Origin: Eukaryota sp. GEM-RC1
Taxonomy: Eukaryota
Length of the DNA: 64,000 nt
Assembly: GCA_040285855.1 (NCBI GenBank)
Contig: JAUFOQ010000013.1
Location: 1,674,001 to 1,738,000, forward strand
Direction: 5' to 3'
This document shows, in pieces, positions 46,881 through 59,607 of this stretch. The position numbers and the translations under genes were made by a program. The notes under the pieces are model-generated. The model worked only from the letters and a program-made list of their open reading frames with translations. It was not told where the DNA came from and did no database searches. How positions within the stretch are numbered: position 1 is the first letter of the stretch; each line of letters begins with the position of its first letter.

Positions 46881-47685
46881 TTACATTTATAATAATAGAA
46901 AATTATTAAACAAAAGTGATTTACCGACAATATATTTATTGTTGGTCGAAACAATAAACAATATTATTGCAATATATTCCAAAATATATTTAAATATACT
47001 TAAAGTAGAACATTTTTAATTTTATTGAACGATTTGACAGGTGTTGCATTCGAAATAGAACGACTCTAGCTCTAGCTACATGTACATTTTATATACGTGT
47101 TTTGATTTTGAGATTAAGAATATTGAAAATACAATTTTATACATTCTAGTCCTTCTTTACTGTGACATCTCCCAGCCGCACAAAGTATGAATCATTTCTT
47201 GAAATGATAAAAATTTCAATACTAAAAAAACTGTTTCCAGATGAAGGGGACAAAAAATTCACATCAAAATAAAAGCTATGATTCACTGGACACAGAAAAT
47301 TCCTGGTCAACACCACAACAGTTCTTATACAACTTTGTGATAATTGATTTGACACACATTTCAATGTTGATGTGTTTGTGTTCTTCCCTCGGTTTTGCCT
47401 CTGTCTGGATTAGTAATAAACCGAGGGAAGACTGTATAATAATAATATTTTCTATAATAACAATCTCTTTCTCACAATATAATCGAAGTCATACAACTTG
47501 TAGCACCCACTGAGTGTTGTTTCTTGCTTTTCATGCCAAGTTTTTACCCTTCTTGAGCTCCTTCAACAGCATAAAAGTCTTCTTATATTTTTTGGATACA
47601 GACTTTGAATTAAAGTATTATACTGTAACTTCTGGATAACTAACCAAAGATCAAAAAAAACTGTTTTGAACCAATTCTTCAACAA

Positions 47686-49127
47686 ATGCTCAGCAACTTC
47701 AGCTCCTATCTGCCTTCATCTCTACTCGCCAATGCAGTCTCGATACCTTCTTCCTCTAAGACAATGCCCTATCAATGTCACTCTGATCAAGATAGACAAG
47801 AAATGCTCAAATCGATGAACATGAAGTCTGTTGACGATCTCTTCGCACACATTCCTGATCAAATGAAGATTAAAGGAACTCTTCGTCTACCTGAAGCAAA
47901 ATCCGAGTTCGAACTCATTTCTGACCTCAAGAAGACCTGCAAAAGAACACAACTCTCTCCGACGTCCCTTCCTTCATCGGAGCTGGAGCCTACAACCACT
48001 ACATCCCTGCTGCCGTCGATCACCTCATCTCCCGTTCTGAGTTCCTCACTTCCTACACCCCCTACGCCCCCAGTATATCCCAAGGAACGCTCCAGTCCAT
48101 CTTTGAATTCCAGAACCAGATATGCCTACTCACTGGTATGGAAATCAGCAACGCCTCAATGTACGATGGTCCTACAAGTACAGCTGAAGCCATTGCCTTG
48201 GCTTGTCGTCAAACTAAGAGAAGAAATGTTCTCCTTGCCGGCAACCTCCATCCTTCCTATGCTAATGTTGCCAAAACTTACTCAAAGTATTCTGATAAGT
48301 CTGAAATAACTCACTTACCAGTCGACCTTGATAACTCGTCATCATCACATTTGATTGACAGCATCGATCGGTCCACGTCATGCGTCGTTGTCCAATACCC
48401 CGGGGTAACGGGGGCTATACCTGACCTTGCCGCCATTTCTAAGAAATGCAAAGAAACAGGTACCTTCCTCATCGTCGCTGTCAATGAACTTCTCTCCCTT
48501 GGTTCTCTGGAGTCTCCTGGTAAGTATGCTGACATTGTCGTTGGAGATGGGGGAAGTCTAGCGGGAGGTGTCTCCTTTGGAGGTCCTAGTGTTGGTTTCT
48601 TTGCTACTAAGAAGAAGTTTTTGAGGCAGTTACCTGGAAGACTAGTAGGTGAAACTAAGGACAAGGATGGGAAGAGATGTTTTGCATTAACTGTTGCTAC
48701 TAGAGAGCAGCATATTAAAAGAGAGAAAGCGACGTCCAATATTTGTACTTCTGCTGGTATCATGGCTCTTTCTCTATCTATTCATTTGTCAATGCTTGGA
48801 GAACATGGGTTTAAATCGTTAGCGGAACATAACCATCAAAAGTGTTGTTATCTAGTTGATCGTTTAAAGGGAGATTTGATACTGTCTCATTTAGGGCTAA
48901 AGGTTGTCAATGATTCTTTCTTTAATGAAGTGTTGGTGAAGTTACCAAATGGAGTTTCGGCTAAGGAAGTTGTTGAGAGATTGGCACGTAGAGATGTGTT
49001 GGCTGGTTGTCCAATGTCGAGATTGTTTGGGGATGATTATGATAATTATTTGTTATTGGCTGTTACTGAGAAGACTTCTGAAAGTGATGTTAATGCTCTG
49101 GTTAGTGCTTTGCCTACTGCTTTTTAG
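47686..49127 (+). CDS. gcvPA: Glycine cleavage system P protein subunit 1 (split type), with one apparent frameshift at ~47940
   Basis: MPYQCHSDQDRQEMLKSM...DDLFAHIP; after the shift SFIGAGAYNHYIPAAVDHLISRSEFLTSYTPY..SISQGTLQSIFEFQ...NASMYDG; SFGGP; REQHIKREKATSNICT. Ends at P1 length. Confidence 0.92.
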
Positions 49128-49299
49128 AACATTTGAAATTTTAAAAATTCATTAGAATAAATATGTTGTATATTGTGTAATGTTTTATGTGTGCAGTTTG
49201 CTAGTAGCCTAGACATTGCTAATATGCTTTATCGTGATTGAGGGTGGTCTATACATGTTTTTAAGATCATTTGACAATTTGTTCAGTATGGTCTTACCA

Positions 49300-49700
49300 C
49301 TTGTTTAATCATGTTCAACTCTAAGTTGATACATTTACAACATTGTTTATTAGTGATTATCAATGATAACTGGCTCGGTCGTTTCTTGAATCCTGATGTT
49401 GCTAAACTCAATCAAAACTTATATTCATAATTGGTATTTATTCCATCTACTATTTGATTATTCGGTAGTATTGGTGAAATGGCTTCTCAGTTTTGGACTA
49501 ATTTTGGATCTACTACTAAGTAGTTGTATGCGTAAGTCTCAGAAGAGATTTAACTTATCAATTTGGTATAACCGTTTGATTTTTTCTCTGTTCCGATGTG
49601 ATGTATGTCCAAATTTGTTAAATTGATTTTCACGAAGTAATATTAGAACTGTTGTAATCTTGACCAGGAATTTTACATGTCTAGTGTTTCATAACTTTAT
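49300..49700 (+). mobile_element. LINE 3' fragment
   Basis: KSQKRFNLSIWYNRLIFSLFR; homologous to 29110-29430 and 47280-47350. Confidence 0.55.
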
Positions 49701-50115
49701 ATTTATCCGAACAACTTACCTAAAATTGAATTAAAATATCTGTGCTTTGAACGAAACAACTTAAACGTTAACCTGTTCAACCAAAAATTCTTCAGAAGGT
49801 CCACTATTACAAAGGTCAATTGAAAAAGCAGCGAACTCGGGACTATTAATTTTAGCCAAGCTAATACTATTATTAAAGTCCAAGAGTTCAAACTCCTTGT
49901 CAATGTATTTGGCAGTTTACATACAGCAGACGGAGAGATGAATAGTTATTTATATAGTTGTGTCCCCTCAATCTAAAAACAGTTTTTTAGATTATTGCAC
50001 TATTATTTTTTCAGCAGTTCAATAAAGTTAGAAACTTACTGTAACTGTTCCATGAAAAGTTCTGATAGAGTTTAGGAAATTGTTGGTTTTCATTTACGCT
50101 AATTCTCCACCATCA

Positions 50116-50742
50116 ATGTTATCTGCTGAAACACTTGAATCATTTTCCCATGAAAAGAAACAAACTCTCTTGTCTCTCTTCAATGAGACTGATTGGCTTA
50201 AGTCCACAGAGAAAAAGGGTGCAGTCCTTCTAAAGAGACCTTCTCCAAACTCTCCCATATCTCAGGTCAGAGTAGAAATTACGGTTGATCGTCCTGCTGA
50301 GGGAATATTCACATTCCTTGCGGATACAGCCAACTACACTCTAATTGATCCAAGTCTTGAAGTTCTCAATGAAATGATGTCTCTCAATGATGACATGAAC
50401 ATCAAACTTGCTCACATTCTATACAAGATGCCAGTTGTCTCAAATCGAGAAGCTGTTGTCTGTATGTTTGAGTCTCACCACGAAAATCTTCTTGTCGTTG
50501 GAGAAGCCTCTGTTAATCCCCAGGACGTTGATGCTGAGCCTTCTAACAAGAAATCTGTTTGGTGCGATGTCCACGTCTCGGGATATATCTTGGTCCCTGA
50601 ATCTGACAGTTTAACGCGTGTTATTTCCCTTGGAGATGTGAATCCGTGTGGTTCCATCCCAGCGTGGATCATCAATAAATTGATTGACCAACAGGTTACC
50701 ACAGCAATTGATTTAAAGAAGTTGTTGGAAAGCAATCTTTAG
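50116..50742 (+). CDS. START-domain lipid-binding protein
   Basis: W..STEKKGAVLLKRP, YKMPVVSNREAV, SGYILVP...TRVISLGDVNPCGSIPAWIINK. Confidence 0.85.
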   Translation: MLSAETLESFSHEKKQTLLSLFNETDWLKSTEKKGAVLLKRPSPNSPISQVRVEITVDRPAEGIFTFLADTANYTLIDPSLEVLNEMMSLNDDMNIKLAHILYKMPVVSNREAVVCMFESHHENLLVVGEASVNPQDVDAEPSNKKSVWCDVHVSGYILVPESDSLTRVISLGDVNPCGSIPAWIINKLIDQQVTTAIDLKKLLESNL

Positions 50743-52489
50743 CTTTGATTAGAGTAGTTATTTATTGATTTTTTTATTCATCAGTCGTATGTATAGATTT
50801 TGGCATACTTTTTTCAGTATTTTCTCAACATTAAAAATGCCATTCATTTGCCGTTACACAATGGTGAGTACTATTACCCACTGATTTCGTCAAACATCAT
50901 CATAATCTCATATTCGTGTCTCGATACACTGTGAAACAGTGCGGATTCGAATCAGAACACCTTAGCATCGCTTTAGAACGGGAAAATGACAGCTTGTAGT
51001 GGTCAGCTGATAGAGATCCACACACGCAGAATCCATTTCTAAATTTTTTTTTGCACACTTCAAAAACATTTCTTTCCATCTACTATCATCTTGTTACAGT
51101 GTTCTCCAGTATTGGTCTCAGTTTTTCCTGGAGGTCTAACGTAACTTACATGGGCACTTCAGCTATGCGTGCACTGAACTTTGTGTTATTCTCTGTTCTT
51201 TACAAGCTGTCTTGGTACATCTCTTATTCAACAATTGTTTCACGAACTGATCTGATTAAGTCAGGTTTCTTGACATGTATCTCTTTTCACCTTACATATG
51301 TGTCTGATTCTATACTTTCGCTATATCACTTGTATTTTTTGTTCTGTTCTGCACAAATCAGTTCCGTTGCCCTCTGATGTGGCGTGAGGAATGTATACAC
51401 TGTGCTACGATCAAATATCTGTTTTGTGAACCATACCTTTCATGAGTAGCTAGCCCTGCCTTTCATATTATACAAATTCTTCAAAAATACTGAACAGAGG
51501 ACAATTGGACACGTCAAACAAACAATGTTCCTAAATTCCATTAGACACTACACAGATTCTTTGAATCTCTTCCCAGTAGGTAGTTCTTACCAACATCTTA
51601 TATGTAGTAATGTCTTTTATATTGTCGTTAAGATTGTTGACTTTTCAGTACACGATAGAACTCTTTTAAATATGCAAAACTTGTTCTCTTCTAAAAAGCG
51701 GATTTATGTGCAAAGAAAAACACCCTAGAGATACAATGTGTTTTGTAGGAAGGTTACCTTATTGGGTGCCGGATAAAGGTTAGACAGCACTAGATACAAG
51801 TAATATACGGTAATATTGGACCAGCTGCACAAGGTTTTTGAACTTCCTTTGGTAAATTGTGTTCTGAGTATGGTAAAGTTTTCAATGAAAATTTTTGGTT
51901 CAGTAGGTTAACGTTTGCGTTGTTTCGTTCAATGCACAGATATTTTAATTCAATTTTAGGTAAGTTGTTCGGTGATGGACAGAAGGATCATGGTTTAGAT
52001 TCTTTAGTTAGTGTCTGTTAGTTATTAACTTCTGCAAATGCATTTATTTCACTGACTGATCATAAACCCCGTTTTTTACAAAGAAGGGACTGTAAAAGTA
52101 AAAACTAGAATGAATTTGGATACAAGTAAAGACTATAAAAACAAATTATCCTACATCGATTTCCTAATAATATTTCACTTATGAACCCGAACTGGGGAAA
52201 ATTTTTACTGGACTTAAATGAAGCGTTGATCAAATTACCTTTTGACGTTTGGTCTCAATGTTTCCCAGAATCTGTGTCTGAAATACCTGAAAGATGTTTG
52301 ACTTATCTTCAGTTTTGTCTGAAAAAATTACAACAGAAACTAACAAATAGCTTTGAAAGATTGGATTATAATGTTGGACTTTAAACGGCTAAGGAAAAAA
52401 ATCATGTTTTTGCAAAAAAAAATATTAAAGAATGTTTCCAATAGCTCTATTTAATGTCTGATTACTCAAATCTCTCATGTTTACAGCCT

Positions 52490-53262
52490 TTGTCATGATG
52501 ATAACTCTTGGTTATTAAACATGCGTTTACGGTCATATGTTTGACCTGATGAACTTCCGAAATGCCGATGTGGGCAATCTGTAACACCAAGACATAGATT
52601 GAATCTGAACCGTTTTACTTCCTCTTTTAGAAATAAGGTTCATGATTCAGCAAGGGATCAATTACTTTGCATGTGTAAATCTTGTGGAATAGTTTCCTTT
52701 TACAACCAGTTCTGGCCGGTCTGTTTGATGATACGGCTGTTGACAAATCGTTTGGAAACAGCCGTGGTGATGTGATATTTCCTGGTCTCGATGGATCTTT
52801 CATTATTGCTGATGTTATGTCAATCGATGTTTGTAATGTTTCCAACAAGAAACTAGCTAAATCTAGTGCTAAAAACCCGCGGTTGATTGGTGAAAAACTT
52901 AAAACGTAACAATATTTGGATAAACAGAAATTATTGAATTCGGTTTCACACTCGAATTACTTGTTGTACCCTTTTGTATCTTCACTGTATTGTTCTTTAG
53001 GTGAATCTGCAACATCATTATTTGAAATCTTTGTGAAGATTGTAGACGGAAAAAATCTAGGACTTTTGATCTTAGATTTGGGAAAAATCGAAATGTGTAT
53101 GCTATCTTTAAAGGCATGGTGACTTCTGTATCTAGCGCTTTATTTTATCTTGGTAGACATTATGAGGATATTGTAGGTGAAAATTTCCAGATAGGCAATC
53201 TGGACTTTGAACACATTGATTATCAGATGTATGTCTAATGTAGTGTTGTTGCCAATAAAAAA
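52490..53262 (+). mobile_element. Degenerate RLE-type non-LTR retrotransposon 3' part
   Basis: CRCGQSVTPRH...KVHDS...SRGDVIFPGLDGSFIIADVMSID...EKLK (zinc knuckle plus restriction-like endonuclease pattern). Ends with AATAAAAAA. Contains stops and frameshifts. Confidence 0.75.
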
Positions 53263-54279
53263 TGTATTAGTTAAAAAAACTACCTACATCCGAAAAGTAC
53301 AAAATGTAGTTACCACCAAACAACTTGCAAAAAATGGAATCAATACATCTGATCACATTTTCAAGGATGTTTTTGGGCGAACGTGTAGTGAAGTGTGAAG
53401 ATCAATGAATTGTGTTCCTAAACAAAGTATCACATGATTTCTTTGACAACGAAGACGAACCTACTGACGGATCAGATCAAGATACAATAAGAAACTGATT
53501 TTGTACTTCATTGTGGTTAATTTTGATACTCAACCCAAGCATTAGTCCTGTCAAATATCAGTCAGATTATTCTTGGATTAAGCATTATTTTACACAATTG
53601 ATGAAGTACTAAACATTCGGGAACATTTGATTATAATCATCAAATATGCCCAAAAATTGTTGGCTCCTCGACTTATGGTAAGCAAGCCTTCTCTCTCAAT
53701 CTTTATATAGTCTCTTTAGCTCTCAAATTTTAATTAAAATCGTCGTTGAAAACATGTAAACTGAACTATACGAGAAGTACAGCTGATAACTGTATTGAAC
53801 TAAAGCAATGAGACAACGAAACAGCCTTTTATTTACCGTTCCTTCAATTATGTTAACAGTGGTTTACGTGATGACGTGATCGGAGAAACAATAGTTTACA
53901 AATAGTTGACATTAAGAAATAAAATGGACAATATATTTCGACTCTGGGTAAATGCACCACATTATGCACCACAAATTCTATTATTTTTCTTAAATGCACC
54001 ACATAATTCAACTTGCACCACATAATAAATTTTTCATATTACAGAAGCAACGGTACACACAATGTTTAGATCAAAAGAACAAAATATTATCTTTGGCGTT
54101 GAATTCTTGTACATCTAAAAGGTAGTTCGAAGGAGGACACTTTGTCAAAAAGTTAGTAGATAACGACTTTGTTTCTATACCAAGAACAATCTATAGAAAC
54201 TGTGAAGAATGTTGGAACACTCTAATCAATTTAGTTCTCAGCTTCATTTAATTAAATTAATTAAATTAATTTTAAAGAG

Positions 54280-55010
54280 TTTATTTGCAACAAAAAAAAA
54301 TAAGAGTTTATTTGCAACAATAAATTAATACATACTGTTTCAGAAAATGAAAGAAGTTAAATTCTCCACATCAACACGAGAATTGTCCCTATACAACTTC
54401 GAAAAAAAGGAACATAAATACAATGTACTTGGGAATGCTTCTATAAAGAGCAAACATAATTCGATTATTGTATTTGCAACAATATATTAATACATACTAA
54501 TTCAGAAAATGAAAGAAGTTAAATTCTCCACATCAACACGAGAATTGTCCCTATACAACTTCGAATAAACGGAACATAAATATTTGGAAATGCTTCTATA
54601 AAGAGCGAACATAATTCGATTAATCCATACATCGCTATTAAACACCTTGCCATTAGAACGACATAAAAGACTAAAATCACTGAAAAACTGTAAACCGGCT
54701 GGACCAATATTACCAAAAATTGAAATGGCAAATGGAACAAATGAAAACTTAGAATATAGATTTTCATTAAGCTTCTGCAAAGCATCCGCATAATTTGAAC
54801 ACTTTCGCTGATCAGCTTTTTCCAGATGACCATTCGAATCATTCAATATGGAGTCTTGGTAGACTTTTGCAAACGGGTCAACTGTAGTAAAATCAACCAC
54901 AACTTGAGATGAATCCAGGAAAGGAGCAATTAAGTCACCACGCCGAGAATCAAACACGTTATTGTCACTATAATGTTTCAGAAGAGGTTCAATTTTACAA
55001 CTATAATTGT
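54280..55010 (-). mobile_element. RLE-type LINE 3' part (second family) with locally duplicated 3' end
   Basis: RRGDLIAP...VVVDFTTVDP...FVPFAISIFGNIG. TTCAGAAAATGAAAGAAGTTAAATTCTCCACATCAACACGAG occurs at ~54339 and 54501. Confidence 0.7.
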
Positions 55011-55569
55011 AGGATTAAATTAATTAATTTTTAATTAATTCTTTAATTTAAACTATCAACCACATTTACTCTATCGTTTAACAAAACCGAGCTAAAAGTC
55101 CTGAGTTAATCCAATGAATATATCATAATTTTTTCTAATTTGGAATTTATTCGTACTGCAATCTAAACTTGATAGCGGACATCTGCAGATTTGAACAAAG
55201 ACAAATGCCAAAACTCTTCCTTTGTTCAAAATTCTCCAGCAGTACAATAAAATTGAACATATTGAACTTCTCTTCTAGTTGAAAACCGAAAGGAACTACA
55301 TTCAAAATGTTGAATTAAAAGTTCATCATGTTAACAAACAGAGAGACCAGTAGCAAACAACAATTCTGGTCACATCCACTGGTGGACCATAACCGTGACT
55401 CACAACAGTCATCCTATCAATCAAAAATGAGTGAACGAGATCATCAACTTCTGTCAGAGTACAAAGTTAAGAAGAACGAAATGAACAACGAAATTCAGTC
55501 AATGAAAATTGAAAAACACAACTCACAAAAGTCTACGTTCAAACAATTACTAACGAACAATTAAAAATC

Positions 55570-56646
55570 TCACGTAAACGTGACCAGATTGTTATGAAGG
55601 TCGTCTACTTTCCAAAAGTGACCATTCCAATTACTTTTTAAATTTAAAACCTCTCTTACTTCAATTAAAGAATCTTCAGTAGAATCAGAAGACAATTGGT
55701 GAGAATCCTTACGATCAACAAGTAATGATGGCAAAGAACGCATAACGTCATCAATCTGACCTTGATTGACAACAAACTGATCTGGAGTATAAGTGACACG
55801 TGTCTTAAAGTGGGGAAACACTTGCTGAGACTTTTTAACAATGGCCAACCATTCAGGATGATACTCCAGGCGATTTCCAGTGGATGGTATTTCAAAGAAA
55901 TGAAAAGCTTGCTTTGGGAAACGTTCTACATGAGATAGCGCCATAAATGAGGTGGATCCAGAAACACAGTCCCATTTAACATGGTGGTGGGAAGAGAACA
56001 TTAATGATGGCTGTTTGAGATCCAGGATTTGTTGTAATCCAGAACATCCAAGTGAATTAGCTCTAACATCCTTTCTAAGATAGGGTTTGAGTCTGAATAG
56101 AGTCGTTGTATCACCAAATGTAGTAATGTCTCTAGGCCAATCATGAGAAACAAAGATATCAATATCGTCCTTGAGTGCCAGTAGTTTTGCAACTTCAAAC
56201 TGACGAACGTGATAGATTGACCTCTTGCCTGATTCGTTTAGGGGGAAACGTTCGCTATAACCCTTGTAGAAATCAAGTTGGTTATGGATTCCAGATAGTC
56301 CTGCGATGGTGAGACCACCAACCTTGACAACACCAGAAAAACCAAGGAAATATATGTTGTGACAAAGCCAACCACCGTCTTTTAACTCAGCAAAGAAGCT
56401 GCTAGCTTCATGATTGCCTCCAATTACGAGAGTCAGTACGGGAGCTGTCTTCTGTTTGTTGTAATAGGGAAGGAAGTCTCCATATTTGAGATATTTTGTG
56501 GGACAAGAGAGAGATATGAGATCGGATTCATTTCTAACAGCTTGAAAGTCACCAGTACAAATGACGAGGTCAATTGATTCATTACCGAGAGTGTTATAAA
56601 CAGAGTCTAAGCACCCATGAACACATCCAGTGACACAGACACGCAT
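55570..56646 (-). CDS. DBR1: RNA lariat debranching enzyme
   Basis: MRVCVTGCVHG, GDFQAVRN..DL....P.KY...GDF, IGGNHEAS, RSIYHVR, SHDWP, SSHHH. Confidence 0.93.
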   Translation of the reverse strand: MRVCVTGCVHGCLDSVYNTLGNESIDLVICTGDFQAVRNESDLISLSCPTKYLKYGDFLPYYNKQKTAPVLTLVIGGNHEASSFFAELKDGGWLCHNIYFLGFSGVVKVGGLTIAGLSGIHNQLDFYKGYSERFPLNESGKRSIYHVRQFEVAKLLALKDDIDIFVSHDWPRDITTFGDTTTLFRLKPYLRKDVRANSLGCSGLQQILDLKQPSLMFSSHHHVKWDCVSGSTSFMALSHVERFPKQAFHFFEIPSTGNRLEYHPEWLAIVKKSQQVFPHFKTRVTYTPDQFVVNQGQIDDVMRSLPSLLVDRKDSHQLSSDSTEDSLIEVREVLNLKSNWNGHFWKVDDLHNNLVTFT

Positions 56647-57216
56647 TGAGATCTTGTAGAAGATGAGAAAGGTTAGGAATCGTAGTTGAAATAAATAAGC
56701 TTGGCTCACATGAAGACTAAGTAAATGATGGGGCAATATTGCTTGCAATACATGTACTAGTACATGTACTGGAAAATCATACTACATGTATTGTTTCACA
56801 TCCCTGAATGTACACTTTCCACAGCCCAAACACTTCCTTTTAAAGATCATTTCCTCTTAAAGATCATTTCTTTTATTCATCTGGAGTTAATCGTCACATC
56901 AATGTAGTGTCTTTTGTCATGCAATAAACGTGTTTTGTTCAAGTAAATTAATGGAATAAAAATGGCTTAATTAAGCGATGTTGGACAAATCAACTACTTT
57001 TAGTAGATACAATGACTTTGACTTTGAAAGAGTAGCTGATAAAATGCGTTCCAAAGAAAGAAAAATAACTCTCATTTGTATTAACGACCAAAACTTAAAC
57101 ATTGCTCCCAAAACTGGATAAAAAATAGAAGATGTTGATAAGTCGTACAAATAACAAACAGCAGTATAGAATCGTTCTGATAATACAACTATTTCTATTA
57201 ATTTAAAATATATCTC

Positions 57217-57798
57217 CTAACTTTGCAGTAAAGACTCAATCCTAGAAATTCGTTCTTCCAATTCAGCTAACTTGTCATAAGTAGATGGAGGTCGATGCTG
57301 AAGATTTGAAAGTTTCTTCTTCAGGGCGAATGTTCTCTCCGACAGCGTCTGAAGCCTCTCCTCAGTCTCATCAATGTTGGAGGACTGTGGAACGACTCGA
57401 TTCGAAGGAACTTGTGACGAAATGGGGTTTGAACTCGAGTGACAGACAGAATGTGTAGTTGAGGGGAAGTGGGGGGATATTGTTTGAGTAAGATTAAGCA
57501 CAAGAGATTCGATTCTCTCCAATCTCGAGATTATATCTGTATTTGGAGAAGAAGGAGTAGACGACGAGCGCTGGGAAGACGATGACTGATGAGAAGTGTA
57601 AGGAGAGTAAGAAGGTGGGGATATTGATTTTGGCATGTTTGATAGAGGAGAGTTGCGATGTCTGAATGCAGTGCTAGGTATACCTTTATTCATATCTGCC
57701 AGGATAGTCTCAACAGATCCAGATCTGGGAGGTGACTGTAGTTGATCTAATTCTAGGAAAACACTACTATCATCTCGACGTTGGGGAGTTTCATTCAT
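57217..57798 (-). CDS. Hypothetical Ser/Pro-rich protein with short coiled coils
   Basis: 193-aa ATG-initiated ORF with heptad segments ISRLERIESLV and LAELEERISRIESLL. Confidence 0.6.
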   Translation of the reverse strand: MNETPQRRDDSSVFLELDQLQSPPRSGSVETILADMNKGIPSTAFRHRNSPLSNMPKSISPPSYSPYTSHQSSSSQRSSSTPSSPNTDIISRLERIESLVLNLTQTISPHFPSTTHSVCHSSSNPISSQVPSNRVVPQSSNIDETEERLQTLSERTFALKKKLSNLQHRPPSTYDKLAELEERISRIESLLQS

Positions 57799-58590
57799 AA
57801 TTTATTGTCTGATGTTTTGGAAGTGGGATTGAGGATTGGAAGAAATACACAAAAAGGAAATTGTATATGTGACTTTTGGTTAGGGGCACCATCAAATCAA
57901 TCACATCATTGTTCTAATGAATTAGACCAATGCTTTCCATGCCAGGAGTACCAGATAATTTTGGAAATTCGAAAACAATTTGTTCCATCACTGAACACCT
58001 GGCACAGATTACGGATTTGAAGAGGGTGTTCTGCTGAAGTTGTTTCTCGAATTATTTCTTCAGGGGCCACGTGACTGCCATCTAGTTTTGTGAATGAAAT
58101 GAAAATCGAAAAGATGGTTTTCATATCAGCAGGTGGTTTTCAGCAATTAGTCAATGTCCAGATTTAAAATAGTGGATCAATCATCAAGAAATCATAAGCT
58201 TCACTATCGAAAACGAAACACTGAACTGTATTTAATCGATATTAAGTCCAAAAGAAGGAGAAGATCTCCACAAAATTAAATTAAATAAAACCGCTTCCAG
58301 ACTAAATCAATTATCAATAGAATGAAAGAACAATAAATTAAAATATTGAAAATATCGACAATTAAAGTAAACTGAGAGTGTAATTCCAGGAGAACTTAAA
58401 TTCTAAATTTTTGAAATTGCCACAATTACAAAACAAACTGGACATCACTGATTCCAAATCAAACCAAAATAGAAATATTAAAAAATGAACTGTTTTTTGA
58501 GAAGAAGAGATCATGCCGTTGGACAACTTCTTCAACTGAAAAGGCAAAATTAAAAAAAAAACGAAACCCCAAATTTCGATTTTTCTCTAC

Positions 58591-59520
58591 TTAATCAACC
58601 GGATTTAAATTAACCCTATCAATCAGCAACCTTCCTTTTTTGTCTAACAACTTCACTTCAGCAGTTCTTCCATTAACTTTCCGAATCACAGCCCTTTCAT
58701 TAAAATATTTCGATATTTTTTGATCAGTTATCAGAACAATCGATCCCTCCACAAACCAATCATCATCACAATCATTTCTCAATTTTTTAAATTTCACACA
58801 ATCACTCGTCATCACAGCCGAGCTTCTCTTCCCCACGTCCTTAACTTCCACCTCTTTCTCCACCTCTTTCTTCGTCTCAACTCCACCATCTTCATCTCCC
58901 AACCAACCATTCAAATCAATCTCCAATCCGCCCTCATCTTCTTTTTCAGGTACAACATCCATCTTGGGAAGCTGAATCCCGGTAACTTCAGTGGTTTTAG
59001 CAGTAGCCACCTCCATTAATCTTTCTGAATAACTTTTAGTTCCAACAAACTCCTCCAATTCTTTCCCTCGTTGATCCCTTTCAATTGCCACTTGGTCAAC
59101 AAAGGAAACCCACCAACCTTTCACTGGATGAGGTTCAATGACAACTTTCCCAGCCCGAGCCATTGATTGAAGAAAGCCTGAGAGGGATGTCCATCTGGTG
59201 GAATTTAAATGAACATGAGACTTGTCACGTATTAACAAGTTGTAGACGTGATTGGCATCAACTTTCTTAGTACCAAAGTTACCACGAAGAGCTGTTAGAA
59301 AGGAAGTTTCGAATTGGGTAGAGTAGTCTGATATTTGTTTGTCTTGATTCTGAGAAAAGAGTTCCATGTTTCTGATATGAGATTCAGATTGACAATGGTT
59401 GTCAAAGGCATTGGCATCTTTGCACTGCTTCTCACACACTTGACAGTAGAACTTGAGTTTCTGAAGACCTCTCAAATTTCGTTTGGGTTTAGCATTAGGT
59501 TTAGATGCTTTAGGAGGCAT
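58591..59520 (-). CDS. KIN17: KIN17 DNA/RNA-binding protein
   Basis: GLQKLKFYCQVCEKQCKDANAFDNHCQSESH, HVHLNSTRWTSLSGF, and a C-terminal SH3/KOW-like segment. Confidence 0.93.
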   Translation of the reverse strand: MPPKASKPNAKPKRNLRGLQKLKFYCQVCEKQCKDANAFDNHCQSESHIRNMELFSQNQDKQISDYSTQFETSFLTALRGNFGTKKVDANHVYNLLIRDKSHVHLNSTRWTSLSGFLQSMARAGKVVIEPHPVKGWWVSFVDQVAIERDQRGKELEEFVGTKSYSERLMEVATAKTTEVTGIQLPKMDVVPEKEDEGGLEIDLNGWLGDEDGGVETKKEVEKEVEVKDVGKRSSAVMTSDCVKFKKLRNDCDDDWFVEGSIVLITDQKISKYFNERAVIRKVNGRTAEVKLLDKKGRLLIDRVNLNPVD

Positions 59521-59607
59521 TGAAGAAGACGAATTAGTACTGGAACTCAAGAATCCAAGAGATGAAAACTGTTGTTCAATTTTTGTTCACAGAATTTACA
59601 AGTCTTC

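Noticed and set aside
50870..51560. Possible decayed Tc1/IS630 transposase on the minus strand
   Set aside because: Many stops, no recognisable DDE motif and no TIRs found.
53948..54025. Four copies of TGCACCACA
   Set aside because: Probably a transposon subterminal remnant; no partner end or TSD found.
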